This document shows positions 52,632 to 61,865 of a stretch of 64,000 nt of DNA, one piece after another. How positions within the stretch are numbered: position 1 is the stretch's first letter; each line of letters starts with the position of its first letter. Position numbers and translations under genes: made by a program. The notes under the pieces were generated by a model. That model searched no databases, was not told the origin of the DNA, and was given only the letters and a program-made list of their open reading frames with translations. The DNA is from Thermodesulfovibrionia bacterium (GTDB taxonomy: Bacteria > Nitrospirota > Thermodesulfovibrionia > UBA6902): assembly GCA_030646035.1 (NCBI GenBank), contig JAUSMY010000040.1, forward strand, positions 8,081-72,080. Direction: 5' to 3'.

Positions 52632-52660
52632 TTGACAATGTCTGTATGTCCCCTTATAAT
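52632..52660 (+). promoter_or_regulatory. consensus sigma70-type promoter for ihfA
   Basis: TTGACA (52632-52637), 17-nt spacer, TATAAT (52655-52660); 24 nt upstream of ihfA ATG with RBS ggagg. Confidence 0.55.
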
Positions 52661-52684
52661 TAAGAAAAAGTCTGGAGGATAAAT

Positions 52685-52963
52685 ATGACAAAAGCTGATT
52701 TAGCCGATAAAATATATGAAACAGTAGGTCTTTCCAAAAAAGAAGCAGCAGGTATTGTGGAACTGCTTTTTGATAATATGAAAAATATCCTTTCTGAAGG
52801 TGAGTCAATAAAAATAACCGGTTTTGGTACATTTCTTGTGAGAAAGAAAGGCGCCCGCAGAGGCAGAAATCCAAAGACCGGGGAAGAGATGCAGATCGAA
52901 CAGAGAAGGGTCGTAACTTTTAAGCCCAGCCTTCAGTTTAAATCCCTTGTTGAAAAGGTATAG
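52685..52963 (+). CDS. ihfA: integration host factor alpha-like DNA-binding protein (HU/IHF family)
   Basis: 92-aa ORF; GFGTFLVRKKGARRGRNPKTGEEMQIEQRRVVTFKP matches IHF-alpha arm region. Confidence 0.8.
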   Translation: MTKADLADKIYETVGLSKKEAAGIVELLFDNMKNILSEGESIKITGFGTFLVRKKGARRGRNPKTGEEMQIEQRRVVTFKPSLQFKSLVEKV

Positions 52964-52968
52964 ATCTT

Positions 52969-53310
52969 ATGGCGCCTTTAGTCCAGGAAAGGATGATTCC
53001 GGACAAACTCTTCTATAAAATAGGCGAGGTCAGCAGCATCGCTGATACAGAGTCTTATGTATTGAGATACTGGGAATCTGAGTTCCCTTTTCTTAAGCCC
53101 AGGAAGAATAAGGCCGGTCAAAGAGTCTATACAAGGAAGGATCTTGAAACAGTACTCAAAATAAAGAACCTTTTATATAAAGAAAAATATACAATAGCAG
53201 GTGTAAAAAATAAGTTTGCCAAGCAGTCAGATGTGAAAAGTTCCGTATCATTAAATACCATTCAGAGTGTTAAGAAGAAGCTTAAAGATATACTTAAGCT
53301 TCTCAAATAA
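52969..53310 (+). CDS. MerR family transcriptional regulator
   Basis: 113-aa ORF; N-terminal MerR HTH (YKIGEVSSIADTESYVLRYWESEFPFLKPRKNKAGQRVYTRKD). Confidence 0.7.
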   Translation: MAPLVQERMIPDKLFYKIGEVSSIADTESYVLRYWESEFPFLKPRKNKAGQRVYTRKDLETVLKIKNLLYKEKYTIAGVKNKFAKQSDVKSSVSLNTIQSVKKKLKDILKLLK

Positions 53311-53411
53311 GACTTAGAAGTTCCTGCAGCACTTTCCCAGGTTGCAGTTGTAGTCATCAGATACCAGGTATATGGTTATTAAGGTATGGTGATAGGAATA
53401 CAGTTTTTTAT

Positions 53412-53488
<77 letters not shown>

Positions 53489-53601
53489 TTAAACAGTCAG
53501 CTTGTTTTTATTTCGTGAGTAAAATGTTATAGTAACTATGTTACTGCCCCATTAAAAAGAAGAGGTTTTTAATGGGTATACTTCATGCCTCATTATTTTA
53601 T

Positions 53602-53631
53602 AGAGTGGGTTCTCCCACTCTTTTGTTTTTT
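53602..53631 (+). terminator. terminator-like hairpin immediately upstream of rimP (possible attenuator)
   Basis: agagtggg (53602-53609), loop ttct, cccactct (53614-53621), then tttgtttttt; ends about 10 nt before probable rimP ATG at 53642. Confidence 0.55.
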
Positions 53632-53641
53632 GGAATATGAA

Positions 53642-54109
53642 ATGGATATAAAGGAACTTGAAGATAAAGTAAAAAATATTATCGAGCCTGTTATTAACTC
53701 GATTGGGATTGAGCTTGACCGTCTTTCGATCAGGAAGATGCATGGCAGCTACCTGATGAGGGTATTTATTGATAAGGACAATGGCATTACTATTGACGAC
53801 TGTGAGAATGTGAGCAGGGAGATAGAGGCGATCCTTGATGTCGAGGATCCGATCCCAGGCTCATATGTTCTTGAGGTCTCTTCACCAGGGCTTGACAGGC
53901 CTTTAAAAGGGGCGGCGGATTTCCGAAAACATATAGGTAAGATCGCAAGGGTTGTGATAAACAACTCTATAGATAAGCAGACTTTTTTTGTCGGAAAAAT
54001 TTTACAGTCTGATGATCTTGGGGTGGTCTTGCTTTTACCCAAGGATAAGGAAATGAAGATACCTTTTGAGAATATCTCAAAGGCAAGACTTGAAGTGGAG
54101 GTCGAATAA
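53642..54109 (+). CDS. rimP: ribosome maturation factor RimP
   Basis: Track ORF 53585..54109; probable start at internal ATG 53642 (MDIKELEDKV...) giving 155 aa; conserved LEVSSPGLDRPL motif. Confidence 0.85.
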   Translation: MDIKELEDKVKNIIEPVINSIGIELDRLSIRKMHGSYLMRVFIDKDNGITIDDCENVSREIEAILDVEDPIPGSYVLEVSSPGLDRPLKGAADFRKHIGKIARVVINNSIDKQTFFVGKILQSDDLGVVLLLPKDKEMKIPFENISKARLEVEVE

Positions 54110-55239
54110 TGAATCGTGAATTAATACAGATAATCGAGCATATGAGCAAGGAGAGGGGGATTCCCAAGGAATCCATCATCCTGACTCTCGAATCAGCAAT
54201 CTTGTCGGCAGTAAGGAAGAAGATAGGATTGAAGCCTGAGATAGATATTAAGATAAATACAGAAAAAGGCGGCATCTCTATAAATGCAAAGAAGAAGGTA
54301 GTTAAAAAGGTAGTGGCGCCTGATGAAGAAATTTCTCTTAAGGATGCTAAAAAAATAGATCCCACAAAAGAGATTGATGACGAGGTTGATACACCTATCT
54401 CTTTTGATAATTTTGATTTCGGCAGGATAGCGGCGCAGACAGCAAAACAGGTCCTGTTCCAGAGAGTGAAAGAGGCTGAGAAAGAGGCTATATTTGAGGA
54501 GTTTAAGGGCAAAGCCGGCCAGATCATCAGCGGTGTAGTAATACGCAGAGAAAAGGGAAACTATTACGTAACCCTTGGAAGAGCTGAAGCAACGCTTCCT
54601 CAAAAGTCAACGTTGCCTTCAGAGACGCTCAAGAGGGGAGAAACCATAAGGGCTTATATAGAGGAAGTAAAGATCGTGAACAAGGCGCCTCTGATATTGC
54701 TTTCCAGAACACATCCGAGATTTGTTGCTGAGCTCTTCAAGATGGAGATACCTGAGATATATGATGGCCTTGTTGAGATAAGAGATATTGTGCGTGAGGC
54801 CGGAGACAGGACAAAACTTACTGTCATATCGAAAAACTCCATGATAGACCCTGTCGGCGCCTGCGTAGGCATGAAAGGCACAAGGGTTCAGTCTATCGTA
54901 AGGGAACTGAAGGGAGAGAGGATCGATATTATCCCCTGGACAGATGACCCTCGCACGCTGATACCCAAAGCGCTCAGCCCTGCTCATGTGGAAAGTATCG
55001 GACTGGATGAAGAAGGCAAATCCGCTATGGTCGTTGTCAACGACCAGCAGTTGTCTATAGCTATAGGGAAAAAAGGGCAGAACGTCAGGCTGGCATCTCA
55101 GCTGACAGGCTGGGAGATCGAGATAATCGGCGAGTCAGAATATAACAAGATGAGGTCGGGAATTACTGAATCTGAGGAACCCTCGAAGAATGAAGGAGAG
55201 TTCCAGGAGGAGAAAACCTCTGAGGATGAAGAAAGCTAA
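54109..55239 (+). CDS. nusA: transcription termination/antitermination factor NusA
   Basis: 376-aa ORF; S1 and tandem KH domains (GVVIRREKGNYYV, DPVGACVGMKGTRVQSIVRELKGERIDII). Confidence 0.95.
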   Translation: MNRELIQIIEHMSKERGIPKESIILTLESAILSAVRKKIGLKPEIDIKINTEKGGISINAKKKVVKKVVAPDEEISLKDAKKIDPTKEIDDEVDTPISFDNFDFGRIAAQTAKQVLFQRVKEAEKEAIFEEFKGKAGQIISGVVIRREKGNYYVTLGRAEATLPQKSTLPSETLKRGETIRAYIEEVKIVNKAPLILLSRTHPRFVAELFKMEIPEIYDGLVEIRDIVREAGDRTKLTVISKNSMIDPVGACVGMKGTRVQSIVRELKGERIDIIPWTDDPRTLIPKALSPAHVESIGLDEEGKSAMVVVNDQQLSIAIGKKGQNVRLASQLTGWEIEIIGESEYNKMRSGITESEEPSKNEGEFQEEKTSEDEES

Positions 55240-57352
55240 GGATTCAGGCAAGGCAAGAGATTCTGTATTTTTCACAAAGATAACAAAAGATACCTCTGTC
55301 CAGTACATTAAAGGCGTCGGCCCTGCACGTGCCAGGCTTTTAGAAAAACTTCATCTAAAGACACTTGAAGACCTCCTGTATCACTTTCCAAGGCGGTATG
55401 AAGACAGAAAGAACCTCAGTAAAATATCTGACCTCAAATACGGTAGCCACGAAACAACCGTAGGCCAGATCGTATCCGCAGAAATCGTCAATACACGGAG
55501 CAGCAGGATGAAGATCTTTGAGGCCACTCTAAAGGATGATTCCGGTATTCTAATCTGTAAATGGTTCAACCAGCCTTATCTCAAAGAGTATCTGAAAGAA
55601 GGTTATGAGGTTGTTGTCAGCGGTGTTGTAAAGGGCAGCCATAATGCAGCTATAGGTCTTATGGAGAATCCTGATTTTGAGCTGATAGGCAAAGAAGATA
55701 AATTTATTCATACTTCCAGGATAGTGCCTTTTCATAACGCCACAGAAGGCCTTAAACCAAAACAGTTTCGAACCTTGATCTTTAATACTATCGAGAAACA
55801 TCTTGATATATTGCAGGATTATCTTCCCGTAGATATCCTGGAACGAAACAGATTGAAGCCCCTCCATTGGAGCATAAAAGAGGCTCACTTTCCTGAAGAC
55901 ATATCTGATATGAGCGAGTTAAATAGAGGTGCGAGCCATGCGCACAGGCGGCTTATTTTTGATGAATTTTTTCTGCTTGAACTCGGCCTTGCCCTTAATA
56001 AGAAAAAGATGACGATAGAGAAGGGTATAAGTTTAAAAGGCAAGAGCGATCTCGTAACCCGTTTTTTTAATGGGCTCTCATTTGAGCTTACCGGCGCTCA
56101 GAAGAGAGTGATAGATCAGGTAAGTACTGATATGAAGAAGGATGTTCCAATGAACCGCCTTCTTCATGGTGATGTAGGCTGCGGAAAGACTGTAGTGGCG
56201 TTTGCCGCTATGCTTATAGCGGTTGACAGCGGTTATCAGGCATGTCTGATGGCGCCTACAGAACTCCTTGCAGAACAGCATTACATAAACATTAAAAAGA
56301 TGGCAGAGGGGCTTAGCCTGAAGATAGCGCTTCTGACATCAAGCAGCAAAGGCGGGCCTTGTGAGGATATAGCAAGCGGGGCTGCTCAGATAGTGATCGG
56401 TACTCATTCACTTATTCAGGAAACTGTGGAGTTCAAGGCGCTCGGCCTTGCAGTTATAGATGAGCAGCACAGGTTCGGTGTTGTTCAGAGGGCGGATCTA
56501 AGGCGTAAAGGGAATAACCCTGATATACTCATCATGACCGCAACCCCGATACCCAGAACACTTGCATTGACGCTTTACGGTGACCTTGATATCTCTATAA
56601 TTGATGAACTTCCTTCAGGCAGAAAACCTATCATGACAAAGATTCTGTTCCCTTCCCAGAAGGATGATGTTTACTCTCGTATAGAGGCTGAGATATCAAA
56701 GGGAAGGCAGGCATATATAGTCTACCCTTTAATTGAGGGGTCTGAAAAGTCAGACCTCAAGTCAGCCATAGACGGCGCAGAGGCGCTTAAAATGAAATTT
56801 CCTGATAAAAGGATCGGCCTTGTTCACGGGAAGATAGACCGCAATGAGAGAGAGTCTGTCATGAACAGCTTCAAATCCGGGGATATAGATATACTAGTTT
56901 CAACTACTGTTATCGAAGTAGGTATAGATGTGCCGAATGCCTCTCTCATGCTTATCGTCCATGCTGAAAGGTTTGGGCTTGCACAATTGCATCAACTAAG
57001 GGGACGGATCGGCAGGGGTGACTATGAATCATACTGCCTGCTGCTGGCATACCCGCCATGCAGTGATGATGCAAAGAGGCGCCTTAAAGTTATGGAGTCA
57101 ACCGGTGACGGATTCAGGATAGCTGAGGAGGACCTGGCAATAAGAGGCCCGGGAGAATTTTTCGGCACAAAGCAGTCAGGCATCCCGGAATTGAAGATTG
57201 CTGATATAATAAGGGACATCGGAATTCTTGAGATGGCGCGGAGAGAGGCATTTAATCTTGCAGATGCCGACCCCGGACTGAACCTGCACCCTTTGCTTAA
57301 GGAAACTTTAGATAAGAGATGGGCGGGAAGATTAGAACTGGTTAAAAGCTGA
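55190..57352 (+). CDS. recG: ATP-dependent DNA helicase RecG
   Basis: 720-aa ORF; wedge domain then SF2 helicase motifs (GDVGCGKT, VIDEQHRFGV, MTATPIPRTL); start ambiguous between 55190 and 55227; overlaps nusA 3' end. Confidence 0.9.
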   Translation: MKESSRRRKPLRMKKAKDSGKARDSVFFTKITKDTSVQYIKGVGPARARLLEKLHLKTLEDLLYHFPRRYEDRKNLSKISDLKYGSHETTVGQIVSAEIVNTRSSRMKIFEATLKDDSGILICKWFNQPYLKEYLKEGYEVVVSGVVKGSHNAAIGLMENPDFELIGKEDKFIHTSRIVPFHNATEGLKPKQFRTLIFNTIEKHLDILQDYLPVDILERNRLKPLHWSIKEAHFPEDISDMSELNRGASHAHRRLIFDEFFLLELGLALNKKKMTIEKGISLKGKSDLVTRFFNGLSFELTGAQKRVIDQVSTDMKKDVPMNRLLHGDVGCGKTVVAFAAMLIAVDSGYQACLMAPTELLAEQHYINIKKMAEGLSLKIALLTSSSKGGPCEDIASGAAQIVIGTHSLIQETVEFKALGLAVIDEQHRFGVVQRADLRRKGNNPDILIMTATPIPRTLALTLYGDLDISIIDELPSGRKPIMTKILFPSQKDDVYSRIEAEISKGRQAYIVYPLIEGSEKSDLKSAIDGAEALKMKFPDKRIGLVHGKIDRNERESVMNSFKSGDIDILVSTTVIEVGIDVPNASLMLIVHAERFGLAQLHQLRGRIGRGDYESYCLLLAYPPCSDDAKRRLKVMESTGDGFRIAEEDLAIRGPGEFFGTKQSGIPELKIADIIRDIGILEMARREAFNLADADPGLNLHPLLKETLDKRWAGRLELVKS

Positions 57353-57428
57353 AAGTGAAAAGTTTATAATTTTCGGTTTGATAAATCTTCACTTCTAACT
57401 CTTAGCATTCAACTCTTTTGGAGGATAT

Positions 57429-57743
57429 ATGATGATAGAAAAGATCAGAAAGAGTTTTAATGACGGAGTAGCGAATCTCAAGTGGCTGGCTAATTTCCTT
57501 GCTGAGCGTACAAGGGCTGAGACATCCATATTTAAACTGCGTTATGAAAGCAGCAGGCTTGAGAACAGAATAGATGAACTTTATAAAGACGTCGGCAAGC
57601 GGGTGCTTGAGATCAAGGAGAAAGAGGAAAAAGATGTTTTTAAGGATTTCATTATCCTTCAGACGATTGATGAGATAAAGGCGCTGAGGAAAGAGATTGA
57701 TGATTACAGCGGTAAAGAAGAGGAGTTTAAGAAAATTACATAA
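57429..57743 (+). CDS. hypothetical coiled-coil protein
   Basis: 104-aa charged helical ORF; stop overlaps start of the downstream peptidase gene. Confidence 0.4.
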   Translation: MMIEKIRKSFNDGVANLKWLANFLAERTRAETSIFKLRYESSRLENRIDELYKDVGKRVLEIKEKEEKDVFKDFIILQTIDEIKALRKEIDDYSGKEEEFKKIT

Positions 57744-58531
57744 TGTTAACCTATTTTATATTTTTCACATATGGCCTACTGGTAGGTTCTTTTCTTAATG
57801 TTTGTATCTATCGCATTCCTATAGGGTTATCTGTAGTAAGGCCTTCATCACTCTGTCCTTCGTGCGGCAATCCTGTGAAGTTCTATGACAATATCCCTGT
57901 GCTAAGTTATATATTCCTCGGTGGGAAATGCAGGTCATGTAAGGCAGGTATATCTTCAAGGTATCCGCTTGTTGAGTTTCTTAATGCTGTGTTATACCTT
58001 ATTCTTGTAAGCAGATTTGGCACTGCTTCACTTCCGGCGCTGATAGTTTATTGCGCCCTTCTTTCAGCTCTTATTGTTATTACATTTATCGATATTGACT
58101 ATCAGATCATCCCTGATGTGATAAGCCTTACAGGTATTCCTCTCGGGATTCTCTTCGGAGCTTTCCTGCTGCCGGACCCTTTTTTAAGGACTGAACTTAT
58201 GGGATTTAAAACTTCCTTCATTGGATTTCTTGCAGGCGGGGCAGGATTCTACATGATAGCTGTTTTAGGAAAACTTGTCTTTAGAAAGGATGCAATGGGC
58301 GGCGGAGATATAAAGTTTATGGGTATGATAGGCGGTTTTCTCGGGTGGAAGGGTGTGATCCTTACTACTTTTTTAGGTAGCCTCTTCGGCGCAGTCATAG
58401 GGATAGCCTTGATCGTATGGAGAGGCAGGGAATGGGGAGCGCAGATACCGTTTGGCCCATACCTTGCGCTTGGAGCTGTTGTCAGCCTCTTCTGGGGGCA
58501 GGAGATATTGGTCTGGTACGGGGTTTTTTAA
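57743..58531 (+). CDS. prepilin peptidase (A24 family, PilD-like)
   Basis: 262-aa ORF; Cys tetrad CPSCGNPV...CRSC, catalytic Asp context (GGGDIKFM), multiple TM helices. Confidence 0.85.
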   Translation: MLTYFIFFTYGLLVGSFLNVCIYRIPIGLSVVRPSSLCPSCGNPVKFYDNIPVLSYIFLGGKCRSCKAGISSRYPLVEFLNAVLYLILVSRFGTASLPALIVYCALLSALIVITFIDIDYQIIPDVISLTGIPLGILFGAFLLPDPFLRTELMGFKTSFIGFLAGGAGFYMIAVLGKLVFRKDAMGGGDIKFMGMIGGFLGWKGVILTTFLGSLFGAVIGIALIVWRGREWGAQIPFGPYLALGAVVSLFWGQEILVWYGVF

Positions 58532-58771
58532 ATACGTCATATTCTCAGTTTTCTGCACTATGAGTTTCCAGCTTTTTGTCATATTCCAACCCTTCAAAAT
58601 ACATATCTTTCATCGTATATATTTAAAATCTTTATTAGCTCATAGGGTACACGCAATATTATTTTTGAAAATGTATACTAAAAAAGTTAATTATCCTTAC
58701 TTATCTCAGTCATTGACCGCACAGACCTTTTTTTGTGGCTGAGAAAGTAATAATACGGAGTTTAAAACGCA

Positions 58772-59230
58772 ATGTTAACTATCAAAGATGTATTGCAGTC
58801 AAAAAGTTCTGCTATCTGGTCAGTTTCCCCGGATGATTCTGCCTATAAGACCATGGAACTTATGGCAGAGAAGAATATCGGTGTATTGGTAGTTATTGAT
58901 GAAGATAATGTGGTCGGTATAGTCTCTGAGAGAGATTTAGCCAGAAAGATAATTTTGAAAGAACTATCCTCCAAAAAAGTTTCTGTCAAAAAAATAATGA
59001 CAAAGGATATATACTGCATCACTCCGGACAAATCTGTTGAAGAATGTATGGGTGTTATGACAACAGCTCATATCCGCCATATGCCTGTCTTTGAAAACAA
59101 GAGACTGATAGGTGTCATAACCTTCGGCGATATCGTAAATGCATTACTTGTTGAGCAGGAAGTAAAGATCCAGGATTTGGAGAGTTACTTCTCCTGCTGC
59201 GATTCAGTATCATTCGATCATGATGTTTGA
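58772..59230 (+). CDS. CBS domain pair protein
   Basis: 152-aa ORF with two CBS motifs (GVLVVIDEDNVVGIVSERDL, HMPVFENKRLIGVITFGDI). Confidence 0.75.
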   Translation: MLTIKDVLQSKSSAIWSVSPDDSAYKTMELMAEKNIGVLVVIDEDNVVGIVSERDLARKIILKELSSKKVSVKKIMTKDIYCITPDKSVEECMGVMTTAHIRHMPVFENKRLIGVITFGDIVNALLVEQEVKIQDLESYFSCCDSVSFDHDV

Positions 59231-59336
59231 TATGGACTGCTCATTGGTCTTGCAATAGGATAATTCATCTAACTTTTAAATATCTTCCTTCCTTAACCCA
59301 TCGCTTGCTGTTTTCGAATGTTATACTATTTAACTT

Positions 59337-60203
59337 ATGGCTGATTATAAAGTAAAAACAAAGAGCAGTCTGGTTGATTTTCTGGCGGATATCGGATACA
59401 CGAAGACCAAAGTGAAGCAGCTGCTTAAACACAGGGCTATCGGGGTGAATGGTAAAGATCTGAAGATACTCAGCCGTCTTTTGCTTGAGGGAGATACTGT
59501 TTCGGTCAGCAAAGACAGGAAAGAGAAAAAGGAGATAAAAATTGTTCCTTCAATGGGGATCAAGGTCATTTATGAGGACGATGATCTCATAGTCATAGAA
59601 AAGCCTGCCGGCCTGCTGACAATAGCCTCTGATTCAGAAAAGATAAAGACAGCTTATTATCAGTTGAACGAATTCTTCAAGGAGAGGACTCCGGGAACAA
59701 ATGAGAGGTTATTCATCGTACACCGGCTGGATCGTGATACATCAGGCCTTATTGTCTTTGCAAAGAATGAGACAACCAAAAGGGCCCTCCAGGGGAATTG
59801 GGATCAGGTTGATAAACGGTATTACGCTATTGTTGAGGGTGCGCCTGTGAAAGAAAGGTCTGAGATCAGAAGCAGGCTGAGCGAGACCAAATCGCTTAAG
59901 GTCTATAGCAGCCGGCATTCAGAAGATGGGAAGCTTGCCATAACAAAATACCGGGTCATAAAGAAGAGCCCCGAGTATTCTCTTCTTGAAATATTGCTTG
60001 AAACGGGACGCAAGAACCAGATACGCGTGCATCTCTCAGATATCGGCCATCCTGTGGTCGGTGATAAAAAATACGGGGCAAGAACCAATCCATTCAGCCG
60101 TCTCGGGCTTCATTCTTATCTCCTTTCATTCAAACACCCGGCTACCGGGGCACTATTGCGTTTTGAGAGTAAACTTCCGGGAGTCTTCGGAAAGTTAACC
60201 TGA
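59337..60203 (+). CDS. RluA family pseudouridine synthase
   Basis: 288-aa ORF; S4-like N-terminal domain and catalytic motif HRLDRDTSG. Confidence 0.85.
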   Translation: MADYKVKTKSSLVDFLADIGYTKTKVKQLLKHRAIGVNGKDLKILSRLLLEGDTVSVSKDRKEKKEIKIVPSMGIKVIYEDDDLIVIEKPAGLLTIASDSEKIKTAYYQLNEFFKERTPGTNERLFIVHRLDRDTSGLIVFAKNETTKRALQGNWDQVDKRYYAIVEGAPVKERSEIRSRLSETKSLKVYSSRHSEDGKLAITKYRVIKKSPEYSLLEILLETGRKNQIRVHLSDIGHPVVGDKKYGARTNPFSRLGLHSYLLSFKHPATGALLRFESKLPGVFGKLT

Positions 60204-60237
60204 GCACCATATCAGGTGTGAGGCCTGCCCCAGACGA

Positions 60238-61833
60238 ATGACAACAAAACAGAACATTGAACTTAATGATCAGTTCCTTCATGCCCTGCGTATCATTGAA
60301 GATTCTGAAATGAATGTCTTTATCACAGGAAGGGCGGGCACGGGCAAATCCACCTTGCTTCAGTATTTCAGAGAGTCCACGAAAAAGAATATCGCAGTAC
60401 TTGCGTCGACCGGCGTTGCAGCAGTGAACGTGAAGGGGCAGACGATCCATTCATTCTTCAATTTTAGAATTGATGTTACCCCGGACACGGCCGGCAGGAT
60501 AAAGCCGAGGAATAAAGAGATATACAAGAAGCTCGATGCTATTGTCATTGATGAGATTTCTATGGTGAGGGCTGACCTGCTGGATTGTGTGGATATATTC
60601 CTTAGAAAGCACGGCAGAAAAAAGTCACTCCCGTTCGGCGGGATACAGATGATATTTATCGGAGACCTTTATCAGCTGCCGCCGGTTGTGACGTCAAGAG
60701 AAAAGGCGCTTTTTACGGATTACTACAAGAGTCCATATTTCTTCAGCGCCAGGGTTTTTGATGACGACCTTTTTTCCAGCATGTCTGTTAAGGATGCGCC
60801 TTTTGAAATGAAATTCATTGAGCTTGAAAAGGTCTATCGGCAGAAAGATCAGAAATTTCTGGATGTGCTCAACAGTATCAGGAACGATACTGTCACGGAT
60901 GATGATATTAAAGAAATTAACAAGAGGTATGATCCGGATTTTGCCGAAATTCCGGGTGATTTTTATATCTATCTTACGACAACAAATGCCCTCGCAGAAA
61001 AAATTAACATGAACAAGCTTGCCGGGCTGAAAGGCAAAGAACTTAATTATCAGGGCAATGTTAACGGGGATTTTAAAGGAAGGACCCTTCCCACTGCCTT
61101 GGATCTTATTATTAAAGAAGGTTCACAGGTAATGCTTCTCAACAATGACTCACTCGGACGCTGGATAAACGGCAGTATTGGCAGGATCGTACAGGTTGAG
61201 GAGGGCGGGGATGCTGCTGATGTCATGTGGGTGGAACTCTCTGACGGCGAGGTTGTGGATGTTACCCCCTACAAATGGGAGATGTACGAATTCTCATATG
61301 ATAAAAAGACCTCCAGGATACTATCTGAAAACATTGGATCTTTTACTCAATATCCTCTCAGGCTAGCATGGGCAGTAACCATCCATAAATGTCAGGGCAT
61401 GACTTTTGATAATGTGATTATAGACCTAGGAAGCGGCACATTTTCACATGGCCAGCTTTATGTAGCATTGAGCCGGTGCACCACTTTAGACGGACTTGTC
61501 CTTAACAGATTAATTAATAAAAAAAATATCCTGCTTGACAGAAGGATCGTGGGTTTTGTTACACGATACCAGTATAAAGAGGCTGAAAAGCATCTCTCGC
61601 TTGAAGATAGGTTTGCCATCATTGAGAAGGCGATACAGGGGAAGAAAAAGCTTGAGATAATATATCTGAAGACAAAAGACGAAAAATCAAAGAGAACTAT
61701 CATTCCGGTATATGCCGGGGAAATGGAATATCAAGGCAGGAAATTCCCCGGGCTTAAGGCATTCTGCACCATTGCAAAGGGTGACAGAGTATTTCACATA
61801 GAAAGGATTCTCGAGATGATGATTGTTGACTGA
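60238..61833 (+). CDS. PIF1/RecD-like SF1 helicase with about 100-aa C-terminal accessory domain (possibly WYL-like)
   Basis: 531-aa ORF; Walker A GRAGTGKST, Walker B IVIDEISM, SF1B C-terminal motifs (TIHKCQGMTFD, ALSRC). Confidence 0.78.
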   Translation: MTTKQNIELNDQFLHALRIIEDSEMNVFITGRAGTGKSTLLQYFRESTKKNIAVLASTGVAAVNVKGQTIHSFFNFRIDVTPDTAGRIKPRNKEIYKKLDAIVIDEISMVRADLLDCVDIFLRKHGRKKSLPFGGIQMIFIGDLYQLPPVVTSREKALFTDYYKSPYFFSARVFDDDLFSSMSVKDAPFEMKFIELEKVYRQKDQKFLDVLNSIRNDTVTDDDIKEINKRYDPDFAEIPGDFYIYLTTTNALAEKINMNKLAGLKGKELNYQGNVNGDFKGRTLPTALDLIIKEGSQVMLLNNDSLGRWINGSIGRIVQVEEGGDAADVMWVELSDGEVVDVTPYKWEMYEFSYDKKTSRILSENIGSFTQYPLRLAWAVTIHKCQGMTFDNVIIDLGSGTFSHGQLYVALSRCTTLDGLVLNRLINKKNILLDRRIVGFVTRYQYKEAEKHLSLEDRFAIIEKAIQGKKKLEIIYLKTKDEKSKRTIIPVYAGEMEYQGRKFPGLKAFCTIAKGDRVFHIERILEMMIVD

Positions 61834-61865
61834 TATGCAGAACAACAACTAAATTAGTGCCAGAC

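Noticed and set aside
53749-54603. Minus-strand ORFs overlapping rimP and nusA (53749..54042, 53967..54527, 54193..54603)
   Set aside because: Antisense to conserved rimP and nusA; no RBS or motif support.
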